Source: Pseudomonadota bacterium
Lineage (GTDB): Bacteria; Pseudomonadota; Gammaproteobacteria; Thiotrichales; Thiotrichaceae
Assembly: GCA_039797965.1 (NCBI GenBank)
Contig: JBDKGX010000001.1
Span: 18,563 to 82,562, forward strand
DNA: 64,000 bases
Direction: 5' to 3'
A program made the position numbers and the translations under genes. Under the pieces are notes generated by a model. That model was given only the letters and a program-made list of their open reading frames with translations, did no database searches and was not told the DNA's origin. Positions 43,136-52,338 of this stretch are shown here, one piece after another (within the stretch, counting starts at the first letter, position 1; each line of letters opens with the position of its first letter).

Positions 43136-43756
43136 TTACATAGTATGACCAGCGTGACTGGTACTAGTCGATGTACTAGTTGAGGGTATCAAACTCGCAG
43201 AGTTAGTAGATAATGCTGTAGGAGTACTAATATTAGTGCCACTAGAAGTTAAGCCAGATAATAAACTGCTGGCACCTCCTAATAAATCATTTAATCCCGA
43301 ACCCCCATTTATACCCAAGCTATTAGCCAAACTACTAATCGTTGATAATAAGTCACTATTTAATGCGCCCCCTGATCCAGTAGTCATAGTACTAGCTGGA
43401 GCACCATAATAGTATTGTGGCATTGCAAAGGAATAACCAGAATAAGGGTAATTCGCAGTATAGGTAGGTAAACCGTACCCAAAACTACCCATACTCATAG
43501 GATTATAATAGGGCATGGTATAACCACCGCTATAGGCTATATTAGGTTGTCCACCTATCCCACCTAAATAGCCACTGATTAAATTATTGAGACTAGCATT
43601 AAGACCATTAAGTAATGAGGCATTATTAGAGGTGCTAGTATTAAAACTTTGTGTTTGAGTAGTCGGGCGCGTGGTAGTTGTAGGACGAGTAGTGGTGCTA
43701 GTTGTATTGCCGCTGCCACCTAAACCACCTAATAAGCTTCTAAGAATAAAAGTCAT
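43136..43756 (-). CDS. Leaderless Ser/Thr/Gly/Tyr-rich, Cys-free hypothetical protein
   Basis: GGGAG RBS then MTFILRSLLGGLGG; TTTRP repeats; Y/G/P-rich core; followed by a terminator. Confidence 0.75.
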   Translation of the reverse strand: MTFILRSLLGGLGGSGNTTSTTTRPTTTTRPTTQTQSFNTSTSNNASLLNGLNASLNNLISGYLGGIGGQPNIAYSGGYTMPYYNPMSMGSFGYGLPTYTANYPYSGYSFAMPQYYYGAPASTMTTGSGGALNSDLLSTISSLANSLGINGGSGLNDLLGGASSLLSGLTSSGTNISTPTALSTNSASLIPSTSTSTSTSHAGHTM

Positions 43757-44101
43757 TTTGGGATCTCCCTTCCAAAAGTTGACGAATCTGTCCATGGATT
43801 AACTAGTTGCTAACACTTTGCTGAGTTTTAGTGGCTAGTCAGTGTGTTCAATCCTATATAACTCATTTACTACTCGAGAAAACTTGCCCGATAGTTGGTA
43901 GTAATTCTGAGATACCTCTACCTCAATCCCATTAAATTTATCAGGTTAAGCAAATCCATTAATGAGTTTAATTGACTATCTTAAAATTAATATGGCTGGT
44001 GATAAACCCCCAATAACTATGGCCAAATATTACTAAAGTAACTTTTTCCTGAGCTTTTATAATGAAATATTTCTATACTGGTTAGCGGCTTAAATTAGGA
44101 A

Positions 44102-45319
44102 ATGGGTGCAATCATGTGGTGCAGGTGGTTATTAGTAACTCTATTTTTGACATTACCCATTCAAGCATGGGCAGGCGAGCGTATTGCTTTAGTGGTGGGG
44201 ATTAATCGCTATAACGTGCAAAGCAATTTAGTCAATACTCATCAAGATGTGCAACACATCGTAGAGGCTTTCGAAGCCAATGGTATTAAAGTTATTAATA
44301 AAGATACTTTATATGACCTGACTTTTGTTCAACTCGAAAACGCTTTTCGTCAATTAGTTGATCAAGCTGTAACAGCTGACGAAGTATATGTTTATTTTGC
44401 AGGGCATGGTTTACAGCACAACAATTCTACCTATTTATTAGCATCCGATACGCCTCTTTATACAGGTGAAATGCCCCAGAGTGCTTCGCTATTGGATTCA
44501 TGGTTGAATTTATTACAGAGTGCGAATCCAAATGCACAACGGGTATTTTTCATAGATGCTTGTCGAGATAATCCGCTCAACCAAATAAACTATGTAACGC
44601 CCTCTTTTATGGGCATAGTTAAACGAGATCAAGGGACGGTGGTAGTATATTCCACGGCACGAGGTCAAACCGTTAAGGACAATAATCCCTTCGCTAAAGA
44701 GTTAGCCAACTATTTTAAGTTATCGCCTTATTCTTCAGTGTCTGAAATTATTGATGCCACTACTATTGCGGTTAACTATTTAACTAAAAAAACACAACTG
44801 ATTGATAGACAGGGTGGGTTAGGCAGGAAAATATGCCCATTACGTTGTTTAGCTCAAACACCTAAACCGCCCATAACTATACCGGCAGGCTGTATCGATG
44901 ATGCTTGTTTAGCGACACCATTAACGGTTGATTCTTTTCCTATTAGCACTAATGAGTTTAAAGCGCTCTTTAACGCCAATCCTCGCCCGATGGATTCCGA
45001 TAATAATAAGGGCTGCATGGTATATGAAAATAATGCGTGGAAGATTAAATATGACCTTAACTGGTATACTCCAAACCTCAATTATCCTAATGTTGCACAC
45101 TGTTTGAGTGCTAATGATATTCAAGCATTGGCAAATTGGTACACTAGTACTTTAAATAGGGGTTATTACCGTCTGCCTAATGCTCAAGAGCAATATAAAA
45201 TAGCCGCTTATTTTAAGCGAAAAGTAGCTAAAGAGCAGTTGGAGCAGTGTGAGAAAATGGATGATAATGTGACCTGCTATGGTGATCCACAATTTGGGGT
45301 TTATTTAGTCCGCGAATAA
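44102..45319 (+). CDS. Exported caspase-like (peptidase C14) protein with a degenerate FGE-sulfatase-like C-terminal domain
   Basis: Signal peptide ...LPIQAWA; RIALVVGINRY, YFAGHG and IDACRDNP (His-Cys dyad); C-term YRLPNAQE...GVYLVRE; start may be 44114. Confidence 0.85.
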   Translation: MGAIMWCRWLLVTLFLTLPIQAWAGERIALVVGINRYNVQSNLVNTHQDVQHIVEAFEANGIKVINKDTLYDLTFVQLENAFRQLVDQAVTADEVYVYFAGHGLQHNNSTYLLASDTPLYTGEMPQSASLLDSWLNLLQSANPNAQRVFFIDACRDNPLNQINYVTPSFMGIVKRDQGTVVVYSTARGQTVKDNNPFAKELANYFKLSPYSSVSEIIDATTIAVNYLTKKTQLIDRQGGLGRKICPLRCLAQTPKPPITIPAGCIDDACLATPLTVDSFPISTNEFKALFNANPRPMDSDNNKGCMVYENNAWKIKYDLNWYTPNLNYPNVAHCLSANDIQALANWYTSTLNRGYYRLPNAQEQYKIAAYFKRKVAKEQLEQCEKMDDNVTCYGDPQFGVYLVRE

Positions 45320-45343
45320 GCTCCCCCTATCAGGAGTTTCCTC

Positions 45344-45937
45344 ATGTTTAAGCCGTCCGATTCGGACTGCCGCGTATGGCTGCACGGCTATTTAACCCAT
45401 GATCGTACTAGTACTTTACAGCTTGCTAAACTGATTAAAGTACTAGTAAAGCAATTTCATTATGAAAGTACTCGCCTAACTGAAGTTGAGGTTGAGGAAG
45501 TAGCTCAAGAAGTATTAATAAAAATCTTTCAGTCAGGGCATACCTTACGCAGCCATTGTCCTGCGTGGATTCGCAAGGTTGTCTATCACACCTGCATAGA
45601 TTGTCTGCGCCAACGCAAAAAAAACGGGGTGGAGCCTTACAAGTTAGTTGATCAATCCGTCGATGCTGATAATGACGAGTTTGTTATTGAACCCAGCAAT
45701 GAGCACGAATTAACACCCGAACAACTAGTGAGTTTGGAGCAATGTTTAGAACTCGTACTGGATCATATTCGACGGGGTAAGGCAGGTGAGAGCGATATGC
45801 ACTTATTAAAAGGGGTAGCCCAAGAATTGGATTATGCAGAATTAGCTGCACAGGTAGGGCGTACCAAAGCCGCTGTTACCAATCGCCTATCTGAACTACG
45901 CAAGCTTATGCAGCAATTACGGGAGACGTTATGCTAA
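45344..45937 (+). CDS. ECF-type sigma-70 factor
   Basis: Region 2 EEVAQEVLIKI...WIRKVVYHTCIDCLR; region 4 LDYAELAAQVGRTKAAVTNRLSELR; AGGAG RBS. Confidence 0.82.
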   Translation: MFKPSDSDCRVWLHGYLTHDRTSTLQLAKLIKVLVKQFHYESTRLTEVEVEEVAQEVLIKIFQSGHTLRSHCPAWIRKVVYHTCIDCLRQRKKNGVEPYKLVDQSVDADNDEFVIEPSNEHELTPEQLVSLEQCLELVLDHIRRGKAGESDMHLLKGVAQELDYAELAAQVGRTKAAVTNRLSELRKLMQQLRETLC

Positions 45938-46635
45938 CACCGAACGACACTTCTGAGCGTATATCCTTTAAGGTATGGGTCAATGAGGGTGATGCCAGTA
46001 CTACACTGACGCCTGAGCAACAAGCGTTACAACAGTACTTAATATGGCAAGCCGCTAATGAGCAGGCAAAAGCAATGTCTGATGCTGAGGTCGAAACTAC
46101 CCTTGCTGCGGTTTATAAACGTTTAGGCATTCAACAGGAAATTTTATCTGCAGTAGCTGATACTACTCCGCAAAGCTGGTGGGAACGTTTGGGGTTTGCT
46201 AATTGGGTTACTCAACCGATGTGGATAGCCAGCACAGCTATGTTAATGATTGCAGGTATTAGTACAGTACTGATTTTACAACTTCGTCCCCATAGTGATG
46301 GAGAGGTTGGGCGTGAGTCGGTATTAACCCGCGGTGCTAGTGTTAGTACTTCTACTAAGAGTACTCCGCCTAATACAGCTGCTTTACCTCGTTATGAGCG
46401 TATAGTGACTAATGTTACACAAGCGACTCTAGAGTTAGAGCGTAATCTCATTGCGGTTCATTTTGATGTAAAAGTCCAAGCGCTAGAAGGGCAAGATAAA
46501 CTGTTAATTATTCGAGCGCCGAACGCACCGTTTTCCCCCAGTATGATACAAGTACTTCAATACCATCAGCTCAGTGAGTGGATAACAACCCCTAACACGA
46601 CGATTCAATTGCATATAAAGCCTCGTCAGCCCTAA
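45931..46635 (+). CDS. Putative single-pass membrane anti-sigma factor
   Basis: Overlaps the sigma stop by 7 nt; cytoplasmic helical N-domain, SWWERL, one TM (WIASTAMLMIAGISTVLIL), extracytoplasmic domain. Confidence 0.65.
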   Translation: MLTPNDTSERISFKVWVNEGDASTTLTPEQQALQQYLIWQAANEQAKAMSDAEVETTLAAVYKRLGIQQEILSAVADTTPQSWWERLGFANWVTQPMWIASTAMLMIAGISTVLILQLRPHSDGEVGRESVLTRGASVSTSTKSTPPNTAALPRYERIVTNVTQATLELERNLIAVHFDVKVQALEGQDKLLIIRAPNAPFSPSMIQVLQYHQLSEWITTPNTTIQLHIKPRQP

Positions 46636-46671
46636 CATAAAGCTCATTTGATCCAGTACGTGAGTTAAATT

Positions 46672-47088
46672 ATGAGCATGACTTTAGAGCGTGAAGCTTT
46701 AGCACCCAAAGGAACTTTATTACTACGAACGGTGGCTATGCCTGCTGATACCAACCCCAATGGTGATATTTTCGGTGGTTGGATTTTGTCACAGATGGAT
46801 ATAGCAGGCGGCATTATGGCGAAAGACATGGCGCGGGGGCGAGTGGCGACTATTGCCGTGGATGCGATGAAGTTTATTCAACCTGTAAAAGTAGGTGATG
46901 TTGTGTGTTGCTATGGGGACATAGCACGGGTGGGGCATACCTCTATTACATTACATTTAGAAACGTGGGTGTTACCTGTATGGCGAGATAATGAAGTACG
47001 TCAACCCTTTAGAGTCACTGAAGCTGATTTTACTTATGTCGCTATTGATGACAATGGCAAAAAGCGTGTCTTACCACAATCCCAATAA
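46672..47088 (+). CDS. yciA: Acyl-CoA thioesterase (hotdog fold)
   Basis: LRTVAMPADTNPNGDIFGGWILSQMDIAG. Confidence 0.9.
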   Translation: MSMTLEREALAPKGTLLLRTVAMPADTNPNGDIFGGWILSQMDIAGGIMAKDMARGRVATIAVDAMKFIQPVKVGDVVCCYGDIARVGHTSITLHLETWVLPVWRDNEVRQPFRVTEADFTYVAIDDNGKKRVLPQSQ

Positions 47089-47164
47089 ACCGATTAAGGT
47101 CGCTTGATGTTGGTCTTCAGGACAGCTAAATTAACCCTTTGTTTGCTAAAAAAGGTCGTTTAAT

Positions 47165-47671
47165 GTGAGTAGTCAACGGATGCTCTTTACGCTTTGCCGT
47201 CTCGGTACTACGGGGTTAGTAGCCACACTGCTAGTAGCTTGTGGTGCGGTCTCTCCTAATGCCCCTAGCGCTGGTTTACCGTCCTTAGCGGGTGGGGTTG
47301 CAGTGACTGCCCTGACCAAAGCACCGTGGAAATTAGTGACCATCCAAGAGGGCAGTAGCTTACCTTCCGCACGGCTTAAAGCGGGTATTCCTGCTAATCA
47401 TATGCGCCTATCTTTAACCTCTGACCAAGTAAGCTTTGTAGGCGGCTGTAATCGTACGTCTGGCAAAGTACTGCTTAGCACCCAAGGCCAAATTAAAATA
47501 ACCGAGCTGATGAGTACTGAAATGGCTTGTGCACCGGAGCTAATGCTTGCCGATACTGAAATGGCAGACTATTTAATGTCAATGGCGCATTACGAAGTCA
47601 ATGATAAGCGCCTAAAACTCTCTGATAGTGATACTACTTTATCCTTTGTCACCACCACACTGACTAAATAA
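47165..47671 (+). CDS. META-domain (HslJ-like) lipoprotein
   Basis: Lipobox LLVAC; WKLV, GGCN, STEMAC. Confidence 0.8.
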   Translation: MSSQRMLFTLCRLGTTGLVATLLVACGAVSPNAPSAGLPSLAGGVAVTALTKAPWKLVTIQEGSSLPSARLKAGIPANHMRLSLTSDQVSFVGGCNRTSGKVLLSTQGQIKITELMSTEMACAPELMLADTEMADYLMSMAHYEVNDKRLKLSDSDTTLSFVTTTLTK

Positions 47672-47686
47672 CGAGTACTTGAATTT

Positions 47687-47720
47687 AGAGCCTGAACCCG
47701 CTTACCATCAGGCTCTTTTA
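47687..47720 (+). terminator. Hairpin after the META gene, directly before argS
   Basis: agagcctga / tcaggctct followed by TTT. Confidence 0.5.
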
Positions 47721-47740
47721 ATTTCGACACTTATAGCATC

Positions 47741-49468
47741 ATGAATATCCGTCAGTTATTGGATGAAAAACTCACTCAAGCCCTGCATCAATTAGGAGCG
47801 CCCGATTCCATTACTGCTTTAGTTAAACCTTCTAGCCGACCAGAGTTTGGTGATTTCCAAGCTAATGGCGTGATGGCAGCTGCTAAACAGTTAAAAATGA
47901 ATCCACGTGAGTTAGCCAACCGACTGATGGAAACGGTTGATTTAAGTACTTATGCGGATAAAACCGAGATTGCAGGCCCTGGTTTTATCAATATTCATTT
48001 AAAAAACGAGTACTTAATCGATCAATCTAAAGTACTGCTCAATCAAAATACCCCTGAAAAAGTGGCTCATCCCCAACGCATTGTCGTGGATTATTCAGGC
48101 CCCAACTTAGCCAAAGAAATGCATGTCGGACATTTACGCTCCACTATTATTGGTGATGCGATTGCTAGAGTACTGGAGTACTTAGGGCATGAAGTGATTC
48201 GTCAAAATCATGTGGGGGATTGGGGGACACAGTTTGGTATGTTGATTGCTCATATGTTGGAGCTACAACAATCCGGTGCAGAGTTATCCCTAGAGCTGGC
48301 TGATTTAGAGGGCTTTTATCGTGCGGCTAAAGTGCGATTTGATTCTGAGCCTGATTTTAATGAGCGCGCGCGAAATTATGTGGTGCGTTTGCAAGCAGGT
48401 GATCCAGAGTGTTTAGAGCTATGGCAGCAGTTTATTGAGATTTCATTGCATCACAGTGAAGTACTTTATGAGCGTTTGGGTGTCGGCCTAGGTCGAGACC
48501 ATGTGAAAGCTGAAAGTGCTTACAATGAACAATTGCCCCAAGTTATTGAACATTTAAAAGCTCAAAATTTATTAGTGACCAGTGATGGCGCACAGGCGGT
48601 TTTTTTAGAAGGCTTTAAAAATAAAGATAATGAATCCTTGCCTGTGATTGTTCAAAAGTCGGATGGTGGGTACTTATATGCAACTACTGACCTCGCCTCG
48701 ATTTGGTATCGCTCCCAAGTACTTAAAGCAGATCGAGTACTTTATCTCGTCGATGCACGTCAGTCGCTCCATTTTCAACAAGTGTTTGCTTTAGCTAAAT
48801 TAGCAGGTTTTGCTACTTCAGAAACTGCGCTAGAGCATATGCCGTTTGGCACGATGCTAGGCAAGGATGGTAAGCCGTTTAAAACCCGTTCGGGTGGGAC
48901 GGTTAAACTAGCCGAGCTTTTGGATGAGGCCGAAGAGCGTGCTTTATTGATGGTTCAAGAGAAAAGTACGGATTTAAGTACAGATGAACAACAACAAGTG
49001 GCTAAAACGGTGGGTGTGGGCGCGGTTAAGTACGCTGATTTAGCCAAAAATCGTTTATCAGATTATGTGTTTGATTGGGATACCATGTTGAGCCTGCAGG
49101 GTAATACGGCGCCCTATTTGCAATATGCTTATGCACGTAGTCGCAGCATTTTACGTAAAGCAGGTGAATGGGATGCTCAAGCACCATTATTAGTGACCGA
49201 GCCTGCGGAGCGCGCGTTAGCACTACGTATCTTACAGTTGACCGACACGCTCGAAAATGTAGGACGCGAAGGTTTGCCCAATTATTTGTGTCAGTACTTA
49301 TATGATTTGGCTGGAAATATTATGGGGTTTTATGAGTCCTGCCCTATTTTGAAAGAGGGCGTTTCACCAGAGATTCGGGCTAGCCGCCTGCAATGGGTTC
49401 AGCTAGCCTCGAATACTATGCGAACAGGGTTGAGCCTCTTAGGCATTCAAGTGATGGAGCGTATGTAA
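47741..49468 (+). CDS. argS: Arginine--tRNA ligase
   Basis: FGDFQAN, PNLAKEMHVGHLRS, FKTRSG, GNTAPYLQYAYAR, C-terminal ERM. Confidence 0.98.
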   Translation: MNIRQLLDEKLTQALHQLGAPDSITALVKPSSRPEFGDFQANGVMAAAKQLKMNPRELANRLMETVDLSTYADKTEIAGPGFINIHLKNEYLIDQSKVLLNQNTPEKVAHPQRIVVDYSGPNLAKEMHVGHLRSTIIGDAIARVLEYLGHEVIRQNHVGDWGTQFGMLIAHMLELQQSGAELSLELADLEGFYRAAKVRFDSEPDFNERARNYVVRLQAGDPECLELWQQFIEISLHHSEVLYERLGVGLGRDHVKAESAYNEQLPQVIEHLKAQNLLVTSDGAQAVFLEGFKNKDNESLPVIVQKSDGGYLYATTDLASIWYRSQVLKADRVLYLVDARQSLHFQQVFALAKLAGFATSETALEHMPFGTMLGKDGKPFKTRSGGTVKLAELLDEAEERALLMVQEKSTDLSTDEQQQVAKTVGVGAVKYADLAKNRLSDYVFDWDTMLSLQGNTAPYLQYAYARSRSILRKAGEWDAQAPLLVTEPAERALALRILQLTDTLENVGREGLPNYLCQYLYDLAGNIMGFYESCPILKEGVSPEIRASRLQWVQLASNTMRTGLSLLGIQVMERM

Positions 49469-50728
49469 TTACGCTGGACGTTTAGCGGGCAGGGGAGGTA
49501 AGTCTAAATCCTCCTCGTCCTCCATTGGCTCTAACTCTAAATTATCAAATAACGGATGGTTGAGCGGGTTAATTACACCATCCTCAATCAGCGGTTTATG
49601 TTTTTTCGGTTCGGGTTCTTGGGAGGCGTTATTAGCTTCGGAGGAGATAATAGTCTCTGATTTGACACCACTACTGGATAAATTGATTTTGACCTTGAGG
49701 TTATTGGGGGAGTCAGCATTGCGAATGGCATCCTCGAGTGAAATTCGTCCAGCGGTATAAAGTTTAAATAAGTGCGAGTCAAAGGTTTGCATTCCCAGTT
49801 CCTCAGATTTTTCCATTTGCTCTTTAATGGCGTGGGTATCCCCTTTTAAAACCATGTCTCGCACGATCGGCGTACCTAATAAAATCTCAATCGCGGCTAC
49901 CCTCTTACCGTCTACGGAGGGTATTAAGCGTTGGGAAACAAACGCTTTTAGGTTTAAGGATAAATCCATTAATAACTGAGCACGACGTTCTTCGGGGAAG
50001 AAGTTAATAATACGATCAAGGGCTTGGTTGGCATTATTGGCGTGTAGGGTTGAGACGCATAAGTGTCCGGTTTCGGCGAAGGCTAAGGCATGCTCCATGG
50101 TTTCGCGTGAGCGAATTTCACCAATGAGAATCACATCAGGTGCTTGGCGTAAGGTGTTTTTGAGTGCATCCTCGTAACTGTCCGTATCTACCCCGACCTC
50201 CCGTTGATTGACGATACAGCGTTTGTGGCTATGCACAAACTCCACAGGGTCTTCAATGGTAATAATATGACCACTAGTAGTCTGGTTACGATGATCAATT
50301 AAAGCTGCTAAGGATGTTGATTTACCTGACCCAGTCCCCCCTACGAATAAAATCAGCCCCCGTTTTTCAGTAATAATATCTTTTAAAATCGGGGGTAGAC
50401 CGAGATTATTGATAGAAGGGATTTCACTACGAATGTAACGAATCACCATCGCTATCGAATGACGTTGTTTAAAGATATTAACGCGAAAACGTCCGACTCC
50501 TTCCTCATGTACTGCCAAGTTCATTTCAGGCTTTTGTTCAAACTGATTACGTTGCTCCTCATTCATAACGTCATACGCCATATTTTTGAGGTCATCAGGT
50601 GTTAAGGGCGTTTTGCTAATTAGCTTTAATGAACCTTGAAATTTAGCAGCAGGGGGCGCCCCAACGGTTAAATATAAATCAGAGCCATCATGGGTTGCCA
50701 AAATGCGTAAGTAGTCTGAAATCAGCAT
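49469..50728 (-). CDS. pilU: PilT/PilU-family pilus retraction ATPase (PilU-like)
   Basis: GSDLYL, GGTGSGKSTS, LRQAPDVILIGEIR, TLHANNANQALDRI, GMQTFD. Confidence 0.85.
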   Translation of the reverse strand: MLISDYLRILATHDGSDLYLTVGAPPAAKFQGSLKLISKTPLTPDDLKNMAYDVMNEEQRNQFEQKPEMNLAVHEEGVGRFRVNIFKQRHSIAMVIRYIRSEIPSINNLGLPPILKDIITEKRGLILFVGGTGSGKSTSLAALIDHRNQTTSGHIITIEDPVEFVHSHKRCIVNQREVGVDTDSYEDALKNTLRQAPDVILIGEIRSRETMEHALAFAETGHLCVSTLHANNANQALDRIINFFPEERRAQLLMDLSLNLKAFVSQRLIPSVDGKRVAAIEILLGTPIVRDMVLKGDTHAIKEQMEKSEELGMQTFDSHLFKLYTAGRISLEDAIRNADSPNNLKVKINLSSSGVKSETIISSEANNASQEPEPKKHKPLIEDGVINPLNHPLFDNLELEPMEDEEDLDLPPLPAKRPA

Positions 50729-50785
50729 TGTAGTAGTCCTAACTTTTTATTATGGTGGCGCGGTTATTATTGAGGATAAGTTGTT

Positions 50786-51502
50786 ATGCGTTTGGATCAA
50801 TGGCTGAGTCAAGCAACGGGGTTATCACGCTCACAAGCCCAGCGCCTCATACGGCAAGGAGCTATAACGCTACACACGCAAGTACTCAAAAACCCTAGCC
50901 AACATATTGACCCCTATGAGCCTATTGAGCTAGAGCATAATAGGATTACTTTACCGCAACCACTTTATTTGATGCTGAACAAACCCCAAGACGTGGTTAG
51001 TGCTACAGTCGATGCTCATCAGCGTACGGTGTTAGATTTGGTTGAGCATCCGCACCGTCATACTTTGCATGTGGTAGGGCGTTTGGATAAAGACACCACA
51101 GGATTGCTACTATTAACGAGTGATGGCGACTGGTCACATAGGATTACGGCACCTCGTAAACAAGTGGGTAAAACTTATTTAGTGATGCTAGCCAAACCTT
51201 TAAGTACTCAGGCACTAATACAATTGCGGCAGGGCGTATTATTACAAGGTGAAAAACGTCCTACTAGCCCAGCACTCATTGAAGTACTTGAGAAGGAGTT
51301 AATTCGATTGACTATTTATGAGGGTATGTATCATCAGGTGAAACGTATGCTAGCGGTGGTGGGTAATGAAGTATTGAAGTTACACCGAGAGTGCATCGGT
51401 GATTTGCAACTAGATCAGCAATTACCCTTAGGTGAGTGGCGAGAGCTGAGTGTGACTGAGCGTGCATTACCGTTGGATAACACGCTCAGCATAACCGACT
51501 AA
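50786..51502 (+). CDS. rsuA: RsuA-family pseudouridine synthase
   Basis: S4 domain MRLDQWL, LNKP, GRLDKDTTGLLLLT, EGMYHQVKRM. Confidence 0.9.
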   Translation: MRLDQWLSQATGLSRSQAQRLIRQGAITLHTQVLKNPSQHIDPYEPIELEHNRITLPQPLYLMLNKPQDVVSATVDAHQRTVLDLVEHPHRHTLHVVGRLDKDTTGLLLLTSDGDWSHRITAPRKQVGKTYLVMLAKPLSTQALIQLRQGVLLQGEKRPTSPALIEVLEKELIRLTIYEGMYHQVKRMLAVVGNEVLKLHRECIGDLQLDQQLPLGEWRELSVTERALPLDNTLSITD

Positions 51503-51514
51503 CAGTAGAGCGGA

Positions 51515-52054
51515 TTATTCAGCCATGGCTACAATCGCAGCTAAAGGATCCACTGAGTTTTGTGCAACGGCTGCGGTCTGATCAGATCGAGTAGTTTGTT
51601 GCACTATTGTAGGATTGATTAAATTAGTAGTCGCTTCGGTGCTAGCTTCTGCCTCACCATCTACTAGAGGGGTTTCAGCATCTGCAATGGGACGCTCTAC
51701 AGGTACTGGAGGGGCTGCTACACGGGTAGCATCAGCGACGGCAGCTGCTGAAGGGGGCAGTGCAGTATCAGTCGTAGTCGCGGGTGTAGCTGAAGCTGTT
51801 GAGACTGGTAAAGCTTCTGTTAGCGTAGTGCCACCACTACCTGTAGGAGCCACGGAGGTTGGGCTTTCCTCAATGCGACTAATTTGATTGGCAGCTAAAT
51901 TATTACGTACCTGAGGCAGTATTTGTAACAAAATATTAGCTACTTGTTGGATAAACGAGCTACTAGCCGTACTGGTGGGAGTAGTGGGGTTAGTAGAATT
52001 GGGGGTTTGAATAATAACGGGTACTACCGTATTACTAATGTTTGTCTGAGCCAT
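51515..52054 (-). CDS. Leaderless Thr/Ala/Pro-rich, Cys-free hypothetical protein
   Basis: AAGGAG RBS; MAQTNISNT... then amphipathic FIQQVANILLQILPQV. Confidence 0.7.
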   Translation of the reverse strand: MAQTNISNTVVPVIIQTPNSTNPTTPTSTASSSFIQQVANILLQILPQVRNNLAANQISRIEESPTSVAPTGSGGTTLTEALPVSTASATPATTTDTALPPSAAAVADATRVAAPPVPVERPIADAETPLVDGEAEASTEATTNLINPTIVQQTTRSDQTAAVAQNSVDPLAAIVAMAE

Positions 52055-52286
52055 AAAGCTACTCCTTATTCATTCATCATCTATCGCTAGATTGTTGTTT
52101 TGATTGTCGTGATCTCAAGCCACAATTGTGAGGAGTCTTATTGTTGTACTGACCTGAAGGTAGGTGATTCACCTTCACAACAAACGATTAAGCGTGCTTA
52201 GTAGACTAGTGTAGATAACAGCAAGGTGCAGAACACGATAGGACAAACGTGCTAATAACACGACGATCGGTAGGAAATACGTAAAA

Positions 52287-52319
52287 CCTCAAAGAATACT
52301 AGCAAAGTATTCTTTGAGG
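52287..52319 (-). terminator. Terminator after ilvA
   Basis: cctcaaagaatact / agtattctttgagg, 14-bp stem with a T tail on the minus strand. Confidence 0.8.
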
Positions 52320-52338
52320 GCAGGTAATGAATGGGATG

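Noticed and set aside
44860-45319. Diversity-generating retroelement targeting the FGE-like domain
   Set aside because: No reverse transcriptase and no template/variable repeat pair seen in the window
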